Origin: Guillardia theta CCMP2712
Taxonomy: Eukaryota > Protista > Cryptophyta
DNA: 64,000 nucleotides
Direction of reading: 5' to 3'
Assembly (NCBI RefSeq): GCF_000315625.1
Contig: NW_005434666.1
Coordinates: 1-64,000, forward strand
Positions 1-11,396 of this stretch are shown in pieces. The notes beneath the pieces were generated by a model. That model saw nothing but the letters and a program-made list of their open reading frames with translations, ran no database searches and was not told where the DNA came from. The position numbers and the translations under genes are program-made. Within the stretch, counting starts at the first letter, position 1. Every line of letters starts with the position of its first letter.

Positions 1-236
1 CCTAAACCCTAAACCCTAAACCCTAAACCCTAAACCCTAAACCCTAAACCCTAAACCCTAAACCCTAAACCCTAAACCCTAAACCCTAAACCCTAAACCC
101 TAAACCCTAAACCCTAAACCCTAAACCCTAAACCCTAAACCCTAAACCCTAAACCCTAAACCCTAAACCCTAAACCCTAAACCCCTAAACCCTAAACCCT
201 AAACCCTAAACCCTAAACCCTAAACCCCTAAACCCT
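1..236 (-). repeat. Telomeric array (CCCTAAA)n, i.e. TTTAGGG on the minus strand; chromosome end
   Basis: About 33 tandem CCCTAAA units from base 1, with CCCCTAAA variants near 181 and 224 and a final degenerate CCCTGAA at the junction. Confidence 0.98.
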
Positions 237-307
237 GAATTCAGAGCCGGGCGGCCAATTTAAGTAAAACTTTAGTACCTACGCTACGCAATCCGGGGCT
301 TCCATAA

Positions 308-3224
308 CCTTTAAACGACAAAATTTTTTGTCTGGAGTGTAGCAATTTCGGCAGTTTCAGAGCTGCAAGTGCCTCATGAAGGGGGTGGGGGGTAGTTGAA
401 TGAGAGATAGTACGGGGTTGATGCGCTAGTCTAATCCTGATATAAGATGGGTGGGGGTCATTTTGGAGTAGGTGGGGGTTTGCAATAATCGCAATGGTGG
501 CGCGCGCATGCTGGCGAGGAGAGCATCCAGTTCCACAGTAGCAGCACCTCGTCAGCCTGCAGAACATCTCCACGTATTGAGAGATAGATTTTATATCAAT
601 TTCTAATCTAAGGTGAATGATATCTTGATTGTGTGAGGTACAACATTCTGTTTTCACCATTTTTTGAGCCGCCAACCGCTGTAGATTTACATTTAGAAGT
701 ACCATGCCGGATGATTTCGGTGTGCTGACTCGCTTCTGAAGCAAAGTTGATCTTGTACAAATGTTACTAAAAAGGATTCATTTCTTAGCTATATTATCTT
801 ATACCATTTCACCGATGTTGATCTTGGTGCTCCTGTAAGCAATTTCTACGCGACGCTGGTCCGCAGATACCAAATGGTCTCTTAAGAGGATCATTCTTGC
901 TACAAAGTGAACAACAGAAGGTAGTGTACAAACCCTTTCCATTGCCACTTCGACAAATCCTGCATCTCACTCTTTTCAACCGCTGTGCATTACCCACTTG
1001 TGTACTTTGTTGGATGAAAGATCGAGCGTGGTCGTCAACAAGTATCAGTTGGTGATCATCCAACGGCGCTTCTGCTTCATGACTGTCATCATCCACGCTG
1101 GTATCTGTGCTATCCTGTCCTCCTCTTCTTGGAATCGATGAATCTGGACAACCTTCGTACGAATTTCTCATCAATGCTTTGGCCAGGGCGTCAGTAAACA
1201 TCAGATGTTTGGGGACTTCTTTCGGTGGCATTCCAATACGGAAAATCTTGTATGCATCCACTTCAATGAACCCAAGTATCGTACAGAACATTCTGAATCT
1301 CCAGTCATGAGTTCCAACTTTTTCTTCCAGTCCCAGTCCACTCTGTCTCAGGTGATTGTGCACATCGATCACAGATGCTCCGTTGAAATATGACTTGATC
1401 ATGGCCGTTCTTGGCGTTGACAGTGTTTTTTTCTTCCCTGTTCCTGGCTGACCCTTCCGTCGATACCGAATTTTCAAATGGGGATCGGTTTCTTCTGTTG
1501 TATTCCATGTCGAAATGAGAAGTTTTCTTGGGGTATCAGGCCTGCCAGGTTCATTCCATGCATGCCCGAAAATGAACATTTCCCTGCCATTATGCTGCCA
1601 TGAAGTTGATACGGTCTTCGTAGCACCTCTTACTGCACTAGCCTCCCATGCATCCTTGTTCAGATATTGTTTTGGAAAGCCTCTGTGACATTGTTTGACC
1701 AATCCTGTGAAAAAAGTGTTCCTCTCCAACAGAGCTTGTGCAGTTGACACTGACGCAAAAGCGGAATCTGCGTAAAGAATGTGACCCTGGTTGAAGTAAG
1801 GCTTCATCAATCTGAGAACCCATGATGTATGCTTCGGATATTGATCAGTAAATTCTTGATTCTCCATCACTCGTTTGCCTTCTTGTAACTCCAGCTGCAA
1901 CATAATTCCGTAGGTACACTCTGCAATGTTCTTGTACTCACTGCCAATACCTTGTGGTTTTCGGGCAATTTTTGTTAGAAATGGGATTCCATCATCAACG
2001 TCCTTCATACAAAGTCAGTCACACAAATTTCCAACACAATATGGTAGGATACCTCAGCAACTGGTATCCATTTACCCATGCTTTCATCCAAAATGAATTC
2101 AGATCCAGGACGAATTGTTTGCAATCTGTTCGCATTGAAAGCGTGTATAAGGGGTCGGATACAATTAAAAGCATTGTCTGTAATGTATGCATACGGAGGC
2201 CCTGAGCGAATTTTATGTGCTTTCGCCATTGTTCGAATCGACAACGACTGACTCCAAAGCGCTTACTACGGACTGGCAGAGTCGTAATCGCTGCCCGGTG
2301 GCATTGTAGAGTTCTCATGAACGGAGCACACCCATGAACTCAGCCGAAGCCATTCATGTACAGTGAACGGTTTCACATTTGCTGGCAAAGAATTGTTCGT
2401 CCAGAGCAAACAACATCCAGTTTCGTCACAATCTCCGAAAAAATACTTCCACGGAAGCAGAAATTTCCAGCAATCAAATGGAGTTTTCTCGTCAAGGATC
2501 TGCAGAGCTGGTGTCCAGCGAATCACAGTTTTGCGCCGCGATTGCAAATCCACTTGACAGTCGTTGATCTTCTGCAACACCAGTCGGTGATAACTGCCAA
2601 ACGAGGACATTTTCTCCAAAATTGCAATTGATGGTCATAGGCGAAGAGCCTCGGAATCATTTTCATGGTTTGATTCCCCTTGCATAGGGACTCAGGGTCA
2701 TGATGAGACACCCGGTGACTACATCATTAGAGCCAGCGTCATCGGACGCGGCTACATCGCGGGCAGCGGAAACATTGGTAGAATTTTGCAAATTTGGCAT
2801 TTCCCCAGGCAACAATGTGGATCGTAAGGTACTCTCCAAGACGCTAATTTTCATTCTTTCACCAGGCAAGTACCAATCAACCATCCATCTACCATTCCCA
2901 CACTTCGCTATCACCTTTCCAGTTATCGCGACGGAGTTCCAATCGCATCTATGCACGCCCATGAGAATGCTCTTTGCAGGCCTGAAACGGCCAAACATCT
3001 TAGTGACTTTTCACAGTTATCTCCTGTCCTATCTCGACAACGGGTTGGTCGTTTGCAACGCGAATTTCAGCGTTGGAAAGTTCTTCCTCCCCTCTTCCTT
3101 CCCCTGCCATTTTCCCCGCCTTTATGCCCTTCCGAGGGCCAAGGGGGCTGTATGAGGGCTCGAAAAAGGGACTCCCCGGGGAGTCCGGGATTCCCAGGGG
3201 AGGCCGCAGTTTGTCGATTAAAGG
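308..3224 (-). mobile_element. piggyBac-superfamily DNA transposon, full length (2917 bp)
   Basis: Left TIR CCTTTAAACGACAAA (308-322) and right TIR TTTGTCGATTAAAGG (3210-3224), 14/15 match; ATAA on both flanks (304-307, 3225-3228); encodes a piggyBac-type transposase. Confidence 0.9.
809..3110 (-). pseudogene. piggyBac transposase; 5' half frameshifted; one 50-nt intron (2003-2052)
   Basis: DDD-type motifs ILDESM / YADSAFASV / VIDVHNHLR, KPQGIG motif, and a C-terminal Cys-rich domain (CRIC...CCSLC...ICG...CLQEH). The N-terminal part is split across ORFs 2005-2244, 2019-2318, 2266-2619 and 2663-2998, with a candidate ATG at 3110. Confidence 0.85.
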
Positions 3225-3287
3225 ATAAGACCTCTACTAAACCGTTAGAGCTCGTTACAGTGTGGAAAGTCTGGTTTTCTGCTCAAC

Positions 3288-4283
3288 ATGCTGAGCTCCA
3301 AATTTTTTTTGCAATGGACTGCGCAATTTAGATACGGAAGATCTCTGCATTCATGCTTTCAAGCTCATTGTGTGATAAGACGGTTAGATGCCGGATGCAG
3401 ACACAATAGCCAGCGCTTGTTTTGTACCCCTCCATCCGGAAATACCAAAAACACAGGTGAAAATGACAAAGATGACGCAACTTTGGAGAGAGGATCTTCG
3501 GCTCCGAATAAAACTCAAGTCAGTCAGCAATCTACTGGACAAGACCAAAATGACAAGAAATTGAATCTGATGGAGTTTGCCAGGCTGTTTGAGCCTGAAG
3601 AGGGCAGAAGACAAGAATTTCCGACTGATTGGCTTGGAAGCTGGAAAATGCATAGAAAGATCAGAGTGAGTCTCATGCAGAGATATCTGGCAAATACCTC
3701 CTTGCGCTATATAAATAGGTACCTGGATCAAAAGTTCGACGTGGAAGAATTCATGACAGGCGCGAAAATGGCATACAAAATTATTCGACACGTGGTGGCA
3801 AATAGTCGCAAGGCAGATGACCTTGATTTGCTCGACGGCATTGTTTGTCCGAAGCTACTCCAAAAAATGCGAGATAGTGTTTCGTCTGCATCTGTGACAG
3901 AAAGAAATCTTGGCTTAGAAGTGCATGACATATACTGCGAGGTCATTCAGCCAAAGATACGGCTGGAAGCTTTTGAAAAAATGGACGAGAAGTCAATGTC
4001 ATGGAAAGATGCCTTTGAGCATCGTAATCGTACTCTGCAGAGAGGAGAGTGGATGCAGATCAAAGTAAGGTTCTTGGCTCTCGAAAACGTCTTCTTGAAC
4101 GCAGCCAGTGGAAGCCGAACAAGCATTAGGTCGTCGATGAATCCTAGCACATGGACGTTTCAAGGGAAAGTTTGGAATGTAGATACATCTGCAACGCAGC
4201 TCGACTCAGAAGAGCCGACCTTTTACCCAAGGGTACAGAACCCAGACTTATCTTGGCAACTGATAGCCATAGAGTACTGGTAA
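3288..4283 (+). CDS. Tim44-like / MAIP1-like mitochondrial protein
   Basis: 331-aa ORF with an Arg-rich presequence-like N-terminus; YLDQKFDVEEFMTGAKMAY and a C-terminal WTF...SWQL resemble the Tim44-like fold. Confidence 0.55.
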   Translation: MLSSKFFLQWTAQFRYGRSLHSCFQAHCVIRRLDAGCRHNSQRLFCTPPSGNTKNTGENDKDDATLERGSSAPNKTQVSQQSTGQDQNDKKLNLMEFARLFEPEEGRRQEFPTDWLGSWKMHRKIRVSLMQRYLANTSLRYINRYLDQKFDVEEFMTGAKMAYKIIRHVVANSRKADDLDLLDGIVCPKLLQKMRDSVSSASVTERNLGLEVHDIYCEVIQPKIRLEAFEKMDEKSMSWKDAFEHRNRTLQRGEWMQIKVRFLALENVFLNAASGSRTSIRSSMNPSTWTFQGKVWNVDTSATQLDSEEPTFYPRVQNPDLSWQLIAIEYW

Positions 4284-4534
4284 TAGGTATGGACTTCTGA
4301 AAGGAAATTTGAGTTCTGGTTTTCGCTGCTGTTCTGACGTATTAGAAAGGATTTATTTCTTGAAGTTTTACAATCAAATACACTCCAGCTTTGAGTTCTT
4401 TGAGAAGTAATCGGGCAGTGTGCATGCTTTGGGTAAAACAAGCAGAACCCCGATTTGATGCAAAGCTAAACCCTCTCATTGTTCAGGGCAAGAAAATTCA
4501 AGGACACATGATATTGTTTAGCACATCACTTTCT

Positions 4535-5152
4535 TTAACGAATCCCGAGAACAAATTTTTGAGTTCGTCCGTATCCATACACTGTGGACCCGTACAACAC
4601 AACACTTGCGCACAAGTATAGAATCTCATCGTCGCGGATTTCAATATACGGAAAGAATGTCACTGCAGCAATTCTCGAAAAACAGACAATGCCTGTAAAA
4701 ACAGAATGACTGTACCAGCTTGAATTGTAGAGCATCGACACAAAACACAGAATGAGCATTGCAACAAATCTTTGCTCCCTAACAACATTATTTTGAAAGC
4801 ATTCCGCGGAAAATGAAAGCATCCGTAACCAGATAAGACATCTGAGAACCAAAGCCGTTTTGATCTTGTCCTTCATCGAAAGCTCGCTAGCAGAACGATT
4901 CAGCATCCATCCGACGATGATGAAGGGAAGAGCTCGCAGAGTTCTTGATTGACTCGAATAAATGCCATACTTGTAAATTCTCACGGCGAATAAGATAATG
5001 TGAAAGAAAGTTCCAAGATAGAGAAGTACTTGGTTCGCGATAAATATGTAGGGCAGACAATGAACGTTGACATATTTCGTCATCCACCCTTCCTCTTCGG
5101 TTTGATGCAGCACATGCTCCATCCATAATTTGCTACGACGTCGCTTTTGCAT
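4535..5152 (-). CDS. Hypothetical multi-pass membrane protein
   Basis: 205-aa ORF with several hydrophobic segments; no family recognised. Confidence 0.4.
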   Translation of the reverse strand: MQKRRRSKLWMEHVLHQTEEEGWMTKYVNVHCLPYIFIANQVLLYLGTFFHIILFAVRIYKYGIYSSQSRTLRALPFIIVGWMLNRSASELSMKDKIKTALVLRCLIWLRMLSFSAECFQNNVVREQRFVAMLILCFVSMLYNSSWYSHSVFTGIVCFSRIAAVTFFPYIEIRDDEILYLCASVVLYGSTVYGYGRTQKFVLGIR

Positions 5153-5451
5153 TCTGACACCACGGCAGATTGAAAGATCACAACATACACTTCAAGCAAG
5201 TCAAGGAGCAGAGTGGTACATCAAATCGGCACTCAGCCAGACGAACGCATGCAGCAGGCCCTTCCACCTCCTCGAGCGCATATGATTGCCCGCATCCACA
5301 GTAACAAATTTAAGTAAATAATGTAGTACGAATTAGAGCTACACTTTACTAAAACTTATATTGATGCAGGCGGGTCCATGCGGGGTAATCCAACCTTTCG
5401 TGGGAGTGCACCCACGCCCACCTCGGAGTCATAGAACGCGAAGGGCCATAC

Positions 5452-7230
5452 ATGATGGTACACCGTTGGAGGGAGCGGCAGGCTGGGCCATCACTACTGC
5501 GGGTATCCTTCCTCGTTGCCATTATTGCAATGTGCTCTTTTGTGTTCCTTGAAAGCTTCTTGAACGAGGAATCAAGTTCATATCCTGCCAGCACCCAGCT
5601 TCTTGCAAGCAATCATCAGCTTCACATCGACGTTCCGATCAAACAGCTTGCTGAAACAAGAGTCGGAGACATTGTCAAGGGGCGCATGCTGTCAGACACA
5701 AATGGTGCTAAGCGCTATGTTAATTGGATGGGGACGATCACGGCAGACACAGTAATTTCTCCGAAACAGGGGTGCATCACCGTAAGAGTGATCTCAGACA
5801 GATACATTGCTCCTGGTACTCCAGTGAGCGGAACGGTGGGGAGTGCTGGCTTCCTTGGAACAGTCGTTGGAAGTCCAAACCATCTTCAAAGAATTGGAAG
5901 TATTGAGCGAAGACTTGAAGCACTTGAGCCAAGATCACGAGGAGAGGTATGTGTGAAACTAGCATGAAGATTTTTTCACGTTTTGTTAGGTTCAAGCACT
6001 TCAGCGTAAAGTTAAGCGCCTTAAGCGCCAGCTTGATCACCTTGAAGGGCACAAGACCGTTCAGGAGAGATTGCTTGAGATGGAAAAGAGGATTGTTGAA
6101 CTCGAGAAAAGACCGGTATTTATCTCTGTTGACTTGGCACAACTGACGGTTTTTCTTGCTTAGCCGTCAGAAAATGCTTTGGTATTTTCTGGAAATGTTG
6201 CAGGAATGCATTTTACGGGAGCTGTTGGTACGTTGTGAAAGACGCATATTTTCATCCTGTGAGGGAAGTTCTCAGGACCTACAGATTATCCCGATCTAGC
6301 TTCACGTATCGACAAAATTGATGGAAGAATCGCAGCTCTGGAAAATCGACCAAAGCCAAGCGAAGCAGTGATTTATTAAACTCATTCAATTTCTTCATGT
6401 ACTGAATTTTTCCAAGGTTCAACCGATCAAGGAGAAGATCAGGGAGTTAGAAGCTAGGCTGGATGATCTTACCAGGTATAGGCAGATTTCGCCTCCACAG
6501 ATGGTCAGACTTTATTTGCAGTCCGGAGGGTCTCGTGACAGCCAAGAATGAAATGGCAGAAATGGAAAAACGATTGTCTGAATTGGAGAGCGAGTATGAA
6601 TACAGTCGATTTGCTAGCATTACAAGTGACGTGACTATATCCTTTCTTGAGCAGATACGGAGGCGGTGGAGGAGAGAACAGTAAATGGTATGGCACAGAG
6701 GAGTATCATGGTAAGATTTGTGCGGCTTTCTGCCTCTTTGATCAAAGGTCTTGCAGGATTGTATTCCAAACCATCCAGGGTGCCACTAAGGGGCAGAGAA
6801 ATGGACCATTATCCAGGGGGTATCTCCTAACTTGTCGGGAATACACTTCAATATTTGAATACCCGCGTCAGATTTGTTTTCGAAACTTGTTTGTGCCCAC
6901 ATTAGTGCTTTCTCTGCACATCACAGAGGACGCATTCTATTATTTGAAAGATTTTGCATTCCACGTTTATTCCTCCCACGATGATTTAAGCCTTGACTGC
7001 ATACTTGCGCTGAGGGAAGTACTTGGCCTTCTTGATGGCCTTAAGAGTCTGCTTGGATGCCTGAGGTAGATTTAACACAAACAAAATCAGTTTTCAACCC
7101 GATACCTGTTCAGGAGAGAGCTTTCTCCTAAGAGCACGGGTCAACTTAGCTCTGATGTCAAGGGGCTTGTAAATCTCATCAGCGGATTTCTGAGACTGAA
7201 GTCAAACTGTGTTTCAACGACAACTTGAAT
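5452..7230 (+). CDS. Hypothetical type II membrane / coiled-coil protein, multi-exon (approximate end)
   Basis: N-terminal TM segment (VSFLVAIIAMCSFVFL), then repeated IERRLEALE / IAALENR / ELEARL / MEKRLSELE segments separated by ~50-nt GT-AG introns. Confidence 0.5.
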
Positions 7231-7517
7231 AAATTACATCTCGGATGGCTTGCTTCTTGTTCTGATTATACACTGTCAAAACTCTTGCGATAGACTTCCT
7301 CACAACTTTGCTGTTGCAGATAAATCAGGGCTAACGATCAAACCAAATTGGTATGATCATAGTCTTACATCTTTGAGAGTTTTGAAGCGGCACCTCCAGT
7401 AACCTTAGCGACTCTCAGCTGCTGAAGCTCGGTTTTCAACTCATCAAGCTGGCGGAGGAGCTCCTCTCTACTCTTGCCTCTAAGCTCATGAGCCTTGACC
7501 TTCACTGTAATGGGGAA

Positions 7518-7546
7518 GTCAATAAGTCAATAAGTCAATAAGTCAA
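7518..7546. repeat. 8-bp tandem repeat (AAGTCAAT) x ~3.5
   Basis: Read directly from the sequence. Confidence 0.8.
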
Positions 7547-8208
7547 CCAGTTCATAACTTCAAGGATGAGTTTCAGGGACAAGACATGTGTAATCAACTT
7601 TCATATCATCATTAAGCAATTCAGGATAACAGCTGCTGCGAGCTTGCATATTCAAACATGATTGAAGTACATATATCAACCCTCTGCTGGCAATACAGTG
7701 CAGCAACGATATCATCGAGCCAAGCACCATGCGATACAAATATTCCATCCAAACGAACATTTCGTGTTGAATATGTGCAGCCAAGGAGAACCAGAGCTAA
7801 CACACAAAATGTGAATGGCATCAATAGAAAGTAAACAACTCGCATGTTTTTCGCAAAGCACAGAATCTCATTGGTGGAAGTGGCTTCGCCCATGTTCACA
7901 TCGCTCGCTTACCCATGGTGCCGGGTGTGTGATTGCACGAGGCCTGTTTTTTTTTCTATTAGGAGGCTCGTTACACTGTGACGGTTAAGACCGTTACGGG
8001 GATTCGGCCCGGGCCCGGTACGGTTCGCCCGGGTCAGGTCTGATCGTTTTTTAGTTATCATCATCTCAAACGTACAAGCCTGAGAATGGCAGGAAGGGGA
8101 CCAGCGATCCGGTGTGGGATCCAATAGCGGCTGAGAGACTTTCCTGGTGATAGGATCATCAAGGGGTTTGGTTAGCTCTTTTACATCTTCAAGAAGTGAT
8201 TGTTAGCG

Positions 8209-9602
8209 ATGGTACTTCAGCCGAGCTCCTCTGAGGCTCTAAGACTCTTTACATGCTTTGGCCTGTTCCTTCTGTCAAACTCATTCCAAGCAGTGAACAT
8301 CGCTGTACGTGACGTGAACTCGGTGATGGATGCTTCAAGTGGTTTTTTTTTCAATTCACGATCAAATCAGGATAAGTCTAGTACGAAACTCTACAGCAGC
8401 CAGCAGGATACAAGGAGAATATGTAATGTTTTTGACTTTCGAAGATTGGTTCCATACCAAGAGGGTCTGCAACTGCAACAAAATCTTCAACAAGATTCGA
8501 TCAAAGCGCTTGTAGGAGGACATCAGACATCAGACGCTCTCATCTTGTTGGAGTAGGTCTCATGGCCCCTCGAAATCTAATATGATGTTTGATGTGCAGA
8601 CATCCAACTGTTTACACGCTGGGATCGAGCTCAGTGCTGTCGGATATTCTATTTGAGCTCCCTGACATTGACATAACGAATGTAAGAGTTTACATCTCCA
8701 AACGAGAACATATTGAAGATCCAATTGCAACACGCATTCGTGCCAATTTTCTGTGATCCTTTTTTGAAGGTGGGAGCCAAGGTAGTTGTTGAAGATTATC
8801 CCGAAATGCCGCCATTCTCCATCTTCAGGTTTATCCATTGATGAAGTTTCTCATGTCAGCCCGCTTTTCAGGGTTCAACGCGGGGGCAAAGTAACTTATC
8901 ATTGCCCAGGACAGCTTGTATTAAGTACGTTGACACTAGCGTCAGATAACGGAATTTTCAGGTGGTCTATCCCATTCTTGATTTGAATTATCATGGAAAA
9001 GACATTGAGCGATACCTGCGAAACTTGGAACAGCTGATTATCAACACTCTTGCAAGATTTGGGGTGCGGGGGGCTCGAGAAGAAGGCGATTAACCCTACC
9101 TAGACCACAGATGTTGAATTTGAAGCAGGTTTGACTGGCGTATGGATAAGTGGAAAGAAGGTTGCGGCGATCGGGATAGGAGCTAGCAGGTTGACATGAT
9201 TTTATCGGGTAAAAAGTCATCAGTCTCAAGGTGGATTACCATGCATGGAATTGCACTCAACATCAATGCACTGATGAAAGGTTTTGAAATGATAGTTCCT
9301 TGTGGCATTAAGGTATTTTCTCTGTTGGCTGTACTTCACTCAATGTGGATGTCTTACCTAAAACAGGATAGAGACGTTACAAGCTTGCACCAAATTCTTG
9401 GGGATTCATGCCCCTCTGTTGAAGAAGTATTTAATTGGAATCAATATTGCCCGTTTCTCATTTCTTTCCAGGTCAAGCTTTGTTTGAAAGATGAATTTGC
9501 AAAAGTTGACCTTCTGTCCATCAAGCGTTATTTCTAACTTTCTCACAGATTTTTGAGCTGCAGCTATGCGATGTAGAATTTCCAAATAAGAGTTCCTACT
9601 GA
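8209..9602 (+). CDS. lipB: Lipoyl(octanoyl) transferase LipB/LIP2, multi-exon
   Basis: Spliced motifs [16 protein letters not shown]|[38 protein letters not shown] and IVPCGI. Confidence 0.9.
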
Positions 9603-11392
9603 GGCTTTTCGTTGTTGCTGAGATCACATTTGACATATCTCGTTTTGTATCATTTCTGCAGTAACACATAAACAACTGGGTGGCAACCACAACAGATGAT
9701 TTCAGCTGCTGATCCCACAACTGTCTCTCGAAACTTAGCTATCAATGTTTTGACATTGCTCTCACCTTCCCAATTGTATTTGGCATATCAATTCGAGCTC
9801 GATAACAAACGCACAGAAGACAAGTACATGCGCTTCCCTGTACGCGAAGACTGTCTGACTCCAAGATAGTGGTTTGAAGCAAGCACAGGTTTGCAGATTT
9901 TGGATATTATAAGCACTTTGTTACTCTCTGACAGGAAAATTTTGGAAGACATTGCTGCATTTCTGTCCAATGCATAAGCGCATGCCTGATTGATGATAAA
10001 TCAGCAGAAAAGTTCAGAACATTTTAGATGACCATGTTTGCGTAGCTTTCTGCCTCCCCCTCAAAGATCTAATCTTGCTTGCGCAATCGCCGAACCCCCC
10101 CTGGCTCCGTGTGCCATGACCTGAATTTGCATCATGCATTTTAAAGCTTTTCAGCCTACTTTACCATGTAGTGATAAGCGACACCAACACCCTCCTCGTC
10201 ACCAATGTTCATACATTTCTGCATTTCTAAACTACTATCGCAACATCCTTGTTGCAAGTAAACCTAGAATCAAATTACTTTATGCAAGATATAAGCAAGA
10301 ATGACCTTGGCGAGGCCATGATAAGCTTTGCATTAATTTAGCAATGCTGCTCGGATGCATGGGAAATGCAGTGTGCAGTCTGGTGTGCAGTTGTAAGCGA
10401 TAGCAGCTGTCGCTACGGTCTGCTCTGAGGCAAGCTGTAGTTTTATCATGTGCAATGCCAATAGTTCTTGAAGACTCTGATAATGGGGGGTGGGGGTAGT
10501 CATCGGATTAGCCGGGGCGACGGAAATAACCAAAAGATGAGCAACAGTGGAAAAAGCGTTCTTTCAAGCAACGATGACATTACGGCTACGTCAAGCGTCA
10601 GCAAAAGATCAGCAAAACATACCGTCTCCGTCACTGCGTCAGCTCCAGGCCTTACGTCGACTTTCACTTCGTTGATCTCTCTCTCATTACATCCCTGAGC
10701 ATCCTTGGCTCAACTGCGACCACGTGCGTGTGCATCTATCAACCACTTTTTTGCAGTAGGCCTTACTCAAAACATGTCGAATTTCTGCCAAGTATCCCAG
10801 GACAGCAACCAGAAAAAACGAGGTGTCCTCGCTATTCTCGATGGAGATTCGTCTAGAGACAGAGATGACTCTTTCTGCGAAGTAAAGGAAATGTTGTCTG
10901 TCGGTTGTAATGGAACGACTGGAATTCTGATGAGACAGCACAATACAGACAGCACGAACGTGCAGAATCTTGAGATGCGAGAGGATGGGCAGAACAAAGA
11001 AAACATAGATCTTTTAGAAAAGATCTTAAGGATTTGGTAGAAAAGGCATACCTGAGTATTTTCTCAATATAAGTGCATGTACATAGACCTGTAATAAAAC
11101 AAGAATATGTAACACGATCAACCTTGACGGGTGTTTGTTTCATCCTGAGCGATTTTATTGGAGATCTGTCTCAAGGCATCGCGAAAGCTACAAAAAAAAA
11201 ATCGACTCGACTTGAAGTCACTTCAACAAACAAACAGATCACAAAATCTGCGTGCAACAAATGCGCGACGTGTACATGTCAAAAAGCCAGGGCGTTCAAG
11301 ATACCGAATCTCATGCTGAAGACATCCGGAAAGTTCAATCTAGCTTGGAGAGCAGACGAATCCCACTGAGATTGCCGGAGACGTTTGCCCAT
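9600..11392 (-). CDS. Hypothetical multi-exon gene (boundaries uncertain)
   Basis: Candidate ATG at 11392 followed by a chain of short minus-strand ORFs with splice-like GT/AG ends; no family recognised. Confidence 0.3.
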
Positions 11393-11396
11393 GCTT

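Noticed and set aside
241-744. 167-aa ORF next to the telomere
   Set aside because: It spans the piggyBac terminus and flank, has a non-ATG start and no motifs.
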